From positions 1 to 20,658 of the forward strand of contig JAIVFI010000053.1 of NCBI GenBank assembly GCA_025558095.1: a stretch of DNA of 20,658 bases, in the 5' to 3' direction. The DNA is from Hyaloraphidium curvatum SAG 235-1. Taxonomy: Eukaryota; Fungi; Monoblepharomycota. Under the pieces are notes generated by a model, which saw only the letters and a program-made list of their open reading frames with translations, did no database searches and was not told where the DNA came from. Below are positions 1-9,993 of this stretch, piece after piece (the stretch's first letter is position 1; each line of letters opens with the position of its first letter). Position numbers and translations under genes: made by a program.

Positions 1-597
1 GACGGACGGAAAACCCACCTTGCGTGACCGACGAGATCTCATTGATCCTGTTCAGCGTGGCCTGGGGGCACACGGAGCCGCATTTGCGGCTGTTGCTCAT
101 GTGGCACCTGTTGCGTGCGCCAGGCGAACAGATTCCGGGTACCAGGGCACGAACAGCGGTCCGGCGGGCGAGAGCAGGAACGGCGAACGGATCGCGGTTG
201 CCGGGCAGCCAGGCACGGTCCGACGAGTGAAATGCACGATACGGCATGCCGCGGCCGGAGCACAGGCGCGTTTTGGGCGCGGGGCAGGGGGCGGGAGTCA
301 GGACCCGTTTGCTGTGTCCGCAGCGGCGTCGCCTCCGAAACGGGCGAGCTGACGCCACGGGGCCGCAAGGAGGAACGTACCGATACATGGACATCCTTGA
401 GACGTATCGCGGGGCCGGAGGAGGTCTCGGAAGGGTTGGGAGAGGGGGGAACACAGCCGGCGGCAAAGAGGCTGTCCTTGCGCTCGATCACTTTTCCCCC
501 CCGCCTGACTCCCGGCGCCCTCGACTTTCTTGCCAGCGGGAAGTTTGAAGGCAACAGAATCATAATCATCGAAACAGAGCCATATGTACAGTTCTAA
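1..597 (+). CDS. Possible 3' part of a hypothetical protein gene (partial, structure unresolved)
   Basis: Protein-like stretches in different frames (TDEISLILFSVAWGH..; GTYRYMDILETY..; RLTPGALDFLASGKFEGNRIIIIETEPYVQF*). CTGAC at ~349 followed by AAG at 367-369 could be an acceptor. Converges on the epimerase gene. No family recognised. Confidence 0.3.
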
Positions 598-704
598 GCC
601 CGACCCGAGCGGGCTATTTGAAACAGAGCATTCCCAGATCTACAGATCTACAAACCGACGAGACCGACGTCCATCTCTCTCGAAGTCCATCGCAGTAGCT
701 GGTG

Positions 705-2061
705 CTATGCGGCAAAGACCAGCGGCCGGGCGCTCTTGAGCGCCGACGTGTCCGATTCCACTTCCTTTGACCGGAACCCGGTCGCCATCCCCGCGACCGG
801 CTCGTCCGAGACTGTGAGCGTCGCGACCGACATGACGTCGGTGTCCGAGTCCAGGAAAGAGGAAGCATCGCTGTCGCTGACGCTCCCGGTCTCTGAGTCC
901 GTGTCGGCTTCCGAGGCCTCCTCCGCGTCGCGGCCCTCCAAGAAGGGCGAAGGCGGAGGCGTCGGCAGGCCGATCCGTATGCGGGGGTCCTGGTTCCGAA
1001 GGTACCAGTCGACGAACTTGCGCATGCCCTCCTCGATCGGGTGCTTGGGATCGTACCCGAGCAGCGCCGCGGATTTGGTCAGGTCCGCGTAGGTGATGGG
1101 CACGTCGCCCGGCTGGTCGCCCTTCTGGTTGATGATGGCCTTCCGGCCCAGGGTGTCCTCGATCGTGGCGATGAACTGGTTCAGGCTCACGACGCGGTTG
1201 TTGCCGAGGTTGTAGACCTCGCACGTGCGCGGGTTGTCCAGCGCGGCGAGAATGCCTGAGACAATGTCGTCGATGAAAGTGTAGTCCCTGCAGGAGCTGC
1301 CGTCGCCGAATTTGTCGATCGGGATCCCGCGAGCGATGCGGTCGACGAACATGTAGGGAGCTGCGGAACAGGAGGTCAGCGAGGCCACAATGCACCCGGA
1401 ACAAAGATCGTACCCATGTCGGGCCGTCCACGAGGGCCGTAGACGGTAAAGAAGCGGAGGCCAGAGACCTTGATGCCGTAAAGGTTGCTGTAGGTCGCGG
1501 CGAGCAGCTCGCACGCCTTCTTGGTCGCCGCGTAGGGGGAAACCGGATTGTCCGTCTTGTCGTCCTCGGCAAAGGGCACCTTGGCGTTCTTGCCGTACAC
1601 CGAGGACGACGAAGCGTAGACCATGTTGGCGACGTTGTACTTCTTGGCCATCTCGAGCATCACGAGCGTGCCGTTGATGTTGGCCTTGACGTAGAGCTCG
1701 GGATCCTTGATGGACGGCCGCACGCCGGCGCGGGCCGCCAGGTGGCAGATCATGTCGGGCCGCTCGCGGGCAAAGATCCGGTCCATGGCCTCCATGTCCG
1801 AGATGTCGGCCTTGTAGAATCGGAGCACCCTGCCGCACGTCCGCGCGGCATCGTCCACGACCGTGAGGTTCTCGCGCTTGACGGCGACATCGTAGTAGTC
1901 TGGCGGGCGAGAGAAAGTCAATCGACCGGCCCACGGCGACGGAGCGCGGTTATCCTACCGTTGACCTCGTCGATAATCACGACGTCGTCCCCGCGGCGAA
2001 GGAGGGCCTCGGCAGTGTGGGATCCGATGAAACCGGCGCCGCCGGTGACCACGACCTTCAT
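705..2061 (-). CDS. NAD-dependent epimerase/dehydratase (extended SDR), UDP-glucuronate 4-epimerase-like; 3 exons (2061-1959, 1899-1414, 1360-705)
   Basis: [15 protein letters not shown] (GxxGxxG), DEVN/DYYD across GT-AG intron 1958-1900, [30 protein letters not shown] (YxxxK), [17 protein letters not shown] across intron 1413-1361, [21 protein letters not shown]. These match the GAE/WcaG-type family. Confidence 0.92.
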
Positions 2062-2454
2062 GACGTTCGGCCGATGTGCTTGCGGAGAAGAGGGCGGCGA
2101 TGCGGTGCCGGGGGTCTCCAGCAGCGACGGTCGGCGCGACGCTGTCCTTTGCGGGAAGCTTCCAAATGCCCCGGTATCGACGAGGCGGACGCGGTCGAAG
2201 CGGCTCGAGATATGCGGAGGACTCGAGACGGTCGGTGCGTCGTTTGGAAACAGGGTGGAGTGGAGGCGGGATCGGCAGCCCTTTATGCGGCCGGCCGCCG
2301 CCAAAGGGCTGGCATCCCCCGCCCGGAACGATTTTGCCGATCCGACGCGGCCATCAGCACGATCCGCTTGCGCAACCAAAGAGAAGGCGAAACAAATGTA
2401 AATCGATCGAAGAAATGAGACATGTTTGGGCCAGATTCATGAAAGACGGGGCTG

Positions 2455-3040
2455 CTAGTGGTCCGCCCCTGCTGCAGATTGCGACTCTGGATCGGAGGCG
2501 CTTCTGTAACTCCCGTCCCCAAACTCGACAAACCGGTTCCCCTCCTCGTCGAACCAATAATCGTTCACTTTCTCCGAGAGACGGCGGACGATTTTGAGTG
2601 CTTTCTTGGTCTCCTTCTTCGCCGATCCTTCGCCATGTGAGACGTCGATCGAGCGCAACCGCGCTTCGTATGCCGCGAGAACCCGGCCGGGGCCCATGAT
2701 CCTTTCCAGATCGCGCATCATCAACACGATGCGCGGGTCGGGAGCCTCGGAGTGGAGAAACAAGAAAGCCGCGGTCCGGCAAAGGTCGAGGAGCTCGGCG
2801 GGCGCAGTGCCGGAAACGACGTCCTCGGCCGTGACCCTCAGGAAAAGAAACAACCTCCTTCCGTCGCTGAGACGGTAGACGACGTGGCTCCCCTTGTCTT
2901 CGCACCGCAAGACCCTTGGCCAGAGCCAGTGATCGAGCGCCTCCTCGAACAGTGCGCGTTGCGAACAACTCCTCGGACCAAACCGTTGACCAAAGGGCGG
3001 CCAGATTACAAATGTACGACGCCAAAAACTCCACTTCCAT
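2455..3040 (-). CDS. Hypothetical protein (~180 aa); 5' end uncertain
   Basis: Open frame with G/C-biased third positions from ~2960 (RALFEEALDHWLWPRVLRC..YWFDEEGNRFVEFGDGSY). The ATG at 3040 joins this frame only through a 46/49-nt GTACAT..GAG intron or a 1-nt indel. Confidence 0.5.
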
Positions 3041-3074
3041 GAATCGAGCATCTCTTTCTACATCAAGCGACCCT

Positions 3075-4100
3075 CTAGTCCTCATCTTCGTCGTCCTCAT
3101 CCTCGTCCGCGGAACCCGATGCAGAAGGCACGGGATGGTCCAGTTGGAGCAGTTTTCGATGGAAGATGGCCGCATGGAAAGCTGCAAGGCCTTCCGGGTC
3201 CTGGGAACGCCAATAGCTGTGAGACACGAGCACAGTGCTCAGGGAGATCACAAACCGAGAAAGCTTTGCTGCTCGTCAGCGCGGGGCCGGCTTTCGCGCG
3301 ATCCGCCCACTCTCCGAGTCCCTTCACGATCTCTCCCGACGTTAGAGCTGTCTCTGGACCGTCCCAAGAGGCAAGGATGTAACCGTCGCCCTTTTCCACC
3401 TCCTTAATGTGCCGCAGAGAGTGAGACGGACGAATCACACAGACCCAACGAAGTCCCGACCTTCTCAGCATCTCCATCCGAGTGCCAGCGCGTCGTGGTC
3501 CGGGACTCGCAGCATTCCCACACATCAATAAGCCCCGTCGTGTTGGCGTCCGCCTCAAGCTCCAGCACGATGACGTTCGTCAACGAGATGGTAGATTCCG
3601 GCAGAGACGGCAAGAAAGAGGAATGAAGAATGAGCAGAGATAGACCAAGGGCCTTGAAGGCTTCCTCGGACGGCACGGAAGGCGGGAGAAGGACAGGAAC
3701 GCCGCCTGCAAAGGCACATTGAGCGCTAGTCAAGCAGAGTCACGTCCTGGGAGCCTCACCGGCCTTGATGTGCCGAGGCAGCAGATGGCAAACTTGCACG
3801 GGGAGAACTCGCCGCCCCACACTCCGATTCGCGGGGGTTTCCCCTTCACCCAGCGCCGTCCCAACGCCAACTTCCTCATCGCGCCGGCAAAGTTGTTGCT
3901 CTTGTCCCGAACCTCGCCGAGCGTCAGCTGCATGCCGGACGGAGGCGGGTCGCGGAAAGCAACGACGCCGGCATCGTGCTTCGCGAGTTTGCCGAGGATG
4001 AAGGAGTGCAGGTCCAAGCCCCGGCCCGAGAGAGTCCGTGGTAATTGTCCTCTCCCCCTTCGGGCCTTTGCCCTTGGCCGCCCTTCCGAGTGGTCGACAT
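3075..4100 (-). pseudogene. Short degenerate AMP-binding (ANL) N-terminal-like protein with apparent frameshifts (pseudogene or sequence error); introns 3759-3706, 3460-3403, 3255-3201
   Basis: GCCGCC-ATG at 4100. LTLGEVRDKSNNFAGAMRKL..RIGVWGG..AICCLG-(T)IKAGGVPVLLPP resembles the ANL A1/A2 region. Three 54-58 nt introns; terminal exon DPEGLAAFHAAIFHRKLLQLD..DEDEDDEDED*. Frame breaks between 4100 and 4017 and near 3770. Confidence 0.55.
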
Positions 4101-4537
4101 GGCGGCGCGAAGTGAACGCGGCAATGCGAGATCAGCCGCGCCGACGCGACTTCCTCGGCCGCGCAGCCCTTGGGCCCCCCCGTGCGACATCACCAAACAT
4201 CGCCGAGAGCTCAACTCGATTCAGATCCATAGCGCATCGAAGCTGATGGCTACGATTCTATGCCCTTTTATTGGACCCAAACAGCGCTTTTCAAGAACGG
4301 TTAAGTTGACGCTGGCCGAAACCGCGCTGGCAGCCAAGAACCAAGTCGAAGATGAACGGAGCAGATCAGTGCTTGCCACATCAAGACCGATCTGTTCAGA
4401 TGAAGCACACGTTTCTCGAAAAAGCACATCTTTTCCAGCTTGCTCGGGTATCTGGGCGGAGTGATCGGCGGCGGCTCAATCCGCCTGTCCCCCACGTTGC
4501 CACAACAGTTTGAGTCCGCCATTTCCCCTGGAGGATA

Positions 4538-6135
4538 ATGACGGCAGCCGAAAATCCTTCCGATGGAAGTGCTTTGCCCGAGGCCTCGGCCTCCGCCGCG
4601 GACGTCGGCTCGGAGCACCCCGTTGTCGTCCACCATGTTCGTGAAGCCGCGCCTCATTCTGTCGAGCTGCAGGAGGCGCTGGCGCCGTTCGCACCGGTGG
4701 TCCTCGTCGACGAGCGCGAGTCTGTTGTTGAGCAAGCCGTGGACGACGGGAAGTTGCACAAACGTGCGGACGGGGACCTTGAAGTCGACGAGTACCCCCC
4801 GAACGTCGGGGCCGACGTCGTGGTGGTAGATTCGATGCCAGACGGTGGCTACGGATGGATTGTCGTTGCCTGCGTTTTTCTCTTCAACTTTTACACCATC
4901 GGAGTGCAGCAATCCTATTCCATCTTCATTGGTTACTACTTGAACGTGCTCTTTGCGGGGACAGTCAACGCGAGCCAGGTCTCGCTGACAGTGTCGATGA
5001 TGTCTGGATTCTCCTTCCTGTTGGGGCCCTTCGTTGGCCGCTTGACGGACCAATACGGACCGCGGCTAGTGAGTCGGCCTCTCTTGCCTTGATCGTGGCT
5101 CGCCTGACCGTCCGTCCCCGCGTGATCAAGACCGCACTGATTGGCGTGGTTCTGATGGTGATTGCGAACGTCTCGGCCTCGTTCTGCACCACGATACAGA
5201 CCATCTGGGTCACGCAGGGCATCCTGTTCGGGATCGGGTGCTGCTTTGCGCAGAACGCAGCCGTATCTGCTCCGGCACAGTACTTTTCGAAGCGCTTGGC
5301 TATGGCTTTTGGCATTGGAATTAGCGGCAGTGGCATCGGCGGCCTCGCGTTCTCGTTCATCACCGCCGCGCTGCTGAGCAACCTCGGATCGCCGTGGACC
5401 CTGCGGGTCTACGCAATCATCAGCGCCGGAATGCTCTTTCCTGCCGCACTCTTGCTGCGGCGGCGGGTGAAACCGCCGAAGGACGCGGCAAAGACGCCTT
5501 TCTTCAACGTCTCCTTCTTCAAGAACGCGCAGTTCCTTCGCCTCTTTGCCGGCGCGTTCATTTGCTGCATGGCTTTTCCCGCGCCCTTCTTTTTGCCCAG
5601 CTACGTTTATGACAAGGGCATGGATCCCTCGATCGGAACAAATTTGGTGGCCGTGACCACGGGCCTTAGTGCCGTCGGCACTGTTCTCGGCGGCCTTGCT
5701 GCCTCGCGCTTCGGGACGCTGAACGTCTTTGTCGTCAGCCAGCTGTTTGCGGCCCTGTCCACGTTCATGTTCTGGATACCTGCGGGGACGAACGCGGCGC
5801 TGCTCTACTTTTACGCCGCCTTTTGGGGCATCTTCTGGGGCCCTTTTTTCTCTCTGCTGGCGTCCGCAGCAGCTGTTCTCTTTGTGGACCTGGGGCCGTT
5901 CCCCGTGGTGATCGGATCTATATATCTTTCGATCTGCTTCGCCTTTTTTGCCAACGGCCCGACCATGGGCGCTCTAATTGACGCTGGAGCAGTCTATGAC
6001 TCGTCGGGAACGCGTGTATCGAGCAACTATGTCTACGCGCAGATTTTCTGTGGATCAATGTACTTGCTTGGTGTGCTTTTTCTGGCCTGGGTGAGGTTCG
6101 TGCGGGCAAAGTGGAAGCTAGTCGCCAAGGTATAG
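4538..6135 (+). CDS. MFS transporter, monocarboxylate porter (MCT/Mch-like) family; exons 4538-5068, 5131-6135
   Basis: PDGGYGWIVVACVFLFNF signature, GRLTDQYGPR (MFS motif A), QYFSKRLAMAFGIGISGSGIGG, about 12 hydrophobic segments. 62-nt GTGAGT..CTGAC..AAG intron joins the two frames. Confidence 0.93.
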
Positions 6136-6394
6136 AGGGGGCTTCTGGCGGCCGCGAACACATACTTGACGGATAGATCCTAACGACATTTTGCTTTACG
6201 GGAGCGAAGAAATGCTTTACATGAGCAGTGCGGCTGTGCAGGTGCACGGGGGATCGGAGCGGGCTGGTATGTAGCGGCGACACCCGAGCACGAGGTCACC
6301 TCGTGCGCGCGAGACGGACGTCGGGACAAGAGTCCCTGAAATCGCTCCGCATGTAAATGACGGCCTGCTGCCGGGCGAATCGGAGCACGGCGCG

Positions 6395-7416
6395 ATGACC
6401 AGTTCGCCGCTCGTGCCGGTTTTGCGGCCTCTCGCGAAGCGGAGCAACGTCGTTCGCTTCCTCTACTCCCAATTCTACGATCCCCAGCGCTCCGCACCCC
6501 CGGCGTTGGCTCCAACTTTGGTTCCTTTCCCAACGCCGGAGACGGTGAGTACGGCCGAGTCGTCCACAAGGTCCGCTGTACGAAAGCGAGACTGGGGAGC
6601 AGGTCAGACAAGAAGTCCTGGATAACTTGGAGCTTCGAGTTCGCTACAACTGGCCTTTCGGTCGGTGCTCCTCCCACGTATTTCCTCTTTCAGGCCGTTG
6701 ATAGCCTGATTGCAAGGCTACAAGAAAGGGGCAACGATCTCTTTCGAGCAGATCAGGACGCGCTTGCCCAAGACGCTCGCGCTGTACCGCTCCCTTCCGG
6801 CTTTTCTTTCGCCTGTCTTGGGCGGCCAGACTGTGGAGTGCACCAAGGACGATGACCTCTCCTCATGTTCGGTGCTCGTTTACGAAGACCCCGGCGATAC
6901 AATCTTTTGGCATTACGACAACAACTTCTACAGGAAAGGAAGCGTATGATCGAGGGAAGCTCATGATGTCTAACCTCGAGGCCGCGCTGCAGAGGTCGTC
7001 ACTACACCGTCTTGCTCCCGATCGTGATCCGAGGTTCGGACACGCGGTACGAGTTCATGGAGTGGGAGACCAACAAGGTGGCTAGCCTGGAGCTGGAGGA
7101 GAACCAATTGATGGCATTCGAAGGGTACTTAACCTGGTTTCGGCCACTATCGAGCCTCACAAGGCACCTGATCAGGGACAAGATCTTCCATCGGGCGACG
7201 CCCCAGACTCGAGGCCTCCGGATCGTGCTCTCTATGACGTACACCACGGATGCCCTGGCAGAACATAGGGCAGACACGGCAAGGAGGTTCAAAGACGTCG
7301 CGTACTTCGGTCTGGACGCGGTGGGGCTCGGCAAGCTGGAACGCCTGGTCTTTGGCGAGAGGGCGACGACGAGCTTCATGAGGCCGAGCTCCGTTGATAA
7401 GCTCGTTGGGAAATGA
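6395..7416 (+). CDS. 2OG-Fe(II) oxygenase superfamily protein; exons 6395-6544, 6603-6660, 6717-6933, 6993-7124, 7176-7416
   Basis: Spliced product reads SCSVLVYEDPGDTIFWHYDNNFYRGRHYTVLLPI..FEGDKIFHRA..RIVLSMTYTTD..RRFKDVAYFG: HxD...H iron triad plus 2OG-binding Arg. Introns of 58, 56, 59 (GA-AG) and 51 nt. Confidence 0.8.
6934..6992 (+). other. Predicted non-canonical GA-AG intron (59 nt)
   Basis: GAAAGG...CTAAC...CTGCAG. This junction restores FY-R-GRHYTV, whereas the nearby GTATGA donor (6944) gives the wrong frame. Confidence 0.6.
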
Positions 7417-7776
7417 TACCCTAGTGCTGTTTGGAGAGATTGCAGGCGGTAGCACGCCGATTTCCCGCGCCGCCTGAGCGATCAGGTGTCCCAGGCGACG
7501 TCGGGCAGCTCCATGATGAGCTTGATGATCAGCCGCTCCTGCAGGATCTTGTGCGGCTGCCAGGCGCAATGCGTGCGTGTTTCGGCTGGTGGGGATATCG
7601 GCCCATCACTACTCAGGGCCAGGCCACGAAACAAACGTGCCCGGCCGTTCCACGCATCGCTGCTAGAACCGGCTGCCGTCGCGTCTGCGGGGTCGTAAAG
7701 AGCTCCTTCCATTACTCTGCAGCAACTTGCGGCCACCTCGGCTCGGACGTAGGAAGAGCACGCGAGGCCCGTCAAC

Positions 7777-8758
7777 ATGTCGACGCTCAGATGGGCCGCG
7801 GTCGCCCTCTTCGTTCCGCATGTCGCCATGACCCTGTACATGGCCCTCCACCCGCAATGGGGCCTCCTCGACGCGGACCTCATCGGAGGGATCAACTTTG
7901 TGACCTGGCTGCTCTTTGCCTACGTGCACCACCTGTCGATGTCGCGCAGCGCGGCCGAGGTCGTCGCCATGTTCGCCCTCCAGGCCTTCGTGGTCTGGTT
8001 CACTTGCTACGTCGACAGCGTGCTCAAGTTGGACTGGTTCTTCGGACCCCACACCTACCATGAAAAAGCCCTATATGCTGGTTGGGTTGGACCAGTTCCA
8101 GTCTATGCAACGCTTGCAATGTATCCGGTACGCTCGTCGTCGTTTTCGTGCTCCATATGACCGTGTTCTGACCTCGAACGGCATCTTGCAGATGTGCTAC
8201 GCCTCCATGGTCCTCACGGACCTGCTGTTCCCGCCGTCGGCCGCTGCTTCCCCTCTCATGTCGTTTTTTTTGCTCCCCATCATCGATAATCTCTACTTCA
8301 CGGGCTGGGACGTGGTTATTGATCCCATCGCCTCGTTCGAAGGCGTTTACGTCTGGGAGTCGCACCAACCGTTCCCCTCGCAGGACGCCGACGGCACGCG
8401 CCACTCGCGCGGCTTCAATATGGAGAACAACTGGTTCGGCGTGCCATACCCGAACTACTACACTGGTTGGCTAGCGAGCTTCTTCTGGATCTACCTCGGC
8501 ACGCGCATGGTGCGGCAGTACTACGGCGGCGGGCCCCGTGCCGAGGGCTCGGTGTACGAGCTCCTGCCCCTCCTTTCCTACGCCGTCAACTGGCTCTGGT
8601 GCTCTTCGATCGCCCTGTTTGGCAAGGTCGGCAATCCTGGGCTGGTTCTGGTCGGGATCTGGGCCATGGGCATGCCTTGCCTCCTCGCGTTCGCGGGCTG
8701 GTTGTCGAGGCCTGCCGCCGTCAAGGCCAACGGTAAGGCGAACGGCAAGGCGCACTGA
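7777..8758 (+). CDS. CruF-like (carotenoid biosynthesis protein/DUF422) membrane protein; exons 7777-8127, 8192-8758
   Basis: FFGPHTY..VGPVP..MCYAS, WDVVIDP..YVW, WFGVPYPNYYTGW match the CruF-family pattern (FGxYxY, WDxxxDP, FGVPxxNxxGW). Multiple TM segments; 64-nt GTACGC..CTGAC..CAG intron. Confidence 0.75.
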
Positions 8759-9027
8759 TTGGACTGGCTCTGATCCTGGATGAGTTTGTGTTGGATCGTG
8801 GATGTGGGAGGATCGGGACGGCAGCTACGTCACGGACGCGGACGCCAAGACGACAGTGGGCGGATCCTGGCGCCGGATTGGTTGATCGGGCAAACGTATT
8901 GCTAGATAGAGCCCTACTGCTAGTCTAGTGGTTGAATCGAGTGGTTTTGGAACAGCATCGCTGAGGGACGAATTCCCTCACGACCTCGCCACTCGAGTCC
9001 GAAGTGACACCACACTTCCGAGTCACG

Positions 9028-9746
9028 ATGGCGCCGCCGTTCCTCCGGGATCCCCGTTTCCTCCCTCTGCTCATCCTCCTCGCCCTCCTCATCGGCACCA
9101 CCGGTGCGCTCTGCTCCCCGCGCTTCCGGTGCGCGGGACTGACTCCTTCCCGCAACCTCCGTCCCCGCCTCTTCCCGCCCCAATCCCCCGAATTGCCCCC
9201 GGCACGACGCAGCCAACGCTCTCGTGCTCCTCCCCACCCTGCCTGACCCCATGCCCACGCACTTTGACTCGTCCGGCGCGCCGAACGGCTGGTCTTCCCC
9301 GGGGAGCTTCATCGGAATCTGGTTAGGAGTCGCATGGGGCATCGGCGTCGTGTTCGGGCTGCTGGCGCTGCTTCCCAAGGTTGGCTTTCGTCCATTACGG
9401 AAACACCGTAAAGTTAGGGCTGACCGTCGCCGCCGCCGTTCAGGTTCCACGGGGTTGCGTGAACCTCCCCTCCCGCGACGTCCTGGAGCGCTCCGGCCGC
9501 CTCCCGGCCGTGCTCCGCAAGGTCTCCGCGCTCCTTATTGTCAACGGCTGCCTGATTGTGGCCGTTATCTGGGTCATCTTTGCCCTCAGCGCCGCGGCGG
9601 CCGTCGCGGTGCCGCCGATGCTGCCCGCCGCGTCGGTGATCGTGCCGGTGGTGGTGCTGATCGCCGCCGAGATCGCGGTCATCGTGGGCATATTCTGGAT
9701 TGTGAACGAGGAGACGAAGAAGGTCAAGGGGCCCGGATTGCTCTGA
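9028..9746 (+). CDS. DUF1648 domain membrane protein (SdpI-associated-like); exons 9028-9103, 9213-9379, 9444-9746
   Basis: LPDPMPTHFDSSGAPNGWSS (DUF1648 P-x-H-F-x3-G-x2-N/D-G-W motif) after an N-terminal TM helix, VNLP motif, about 4 TM helices. GT-AG introns of 109 and 64 nt keep frame. Confidence 0.8.
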
Positions 9747-9993
9747 GCTTCGGATTCCAGTTCATTCTTCTTTGAGTTCGGGGCTCGTCATGACGTTCAG
9801 TCGCCTGGTAAACACCAACGAAGACTGCTTTTCGTGGTGGCATCAGATTTTGGCTCCTCATCTCACCACGTGCCACGTGCTGCGGATTCTGACCAATGCT
9901 CCTGACATTCACATTTCTCACTCTGTCAAATATGCCTCTCTTATGGATGCGCCATGCCTCAATGTGGATGTACACTGCTGACACAATACTTAA

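Noticed and set aside
2062-2379. N-terminal extension of the epimerase ORF
   Set aside because: No in-frame ATG before 2061, and the SDR fold begins right at MKVVVTGG; probably 5' UTR/promoter.
3706-3773. Alternative 68-nt GC-AG intron avoiding the 3770 frameshift
   Set aside because: Poor donor (GCACAT) and removes the family-like IKAG; the strong GTGAGG donor with a 54-nt intron fits better, though this is not excluded.
9867-9879. Tandem CACGTG E-boxes
   Set aside because: Located between convergent 3' ends; no promoter context.
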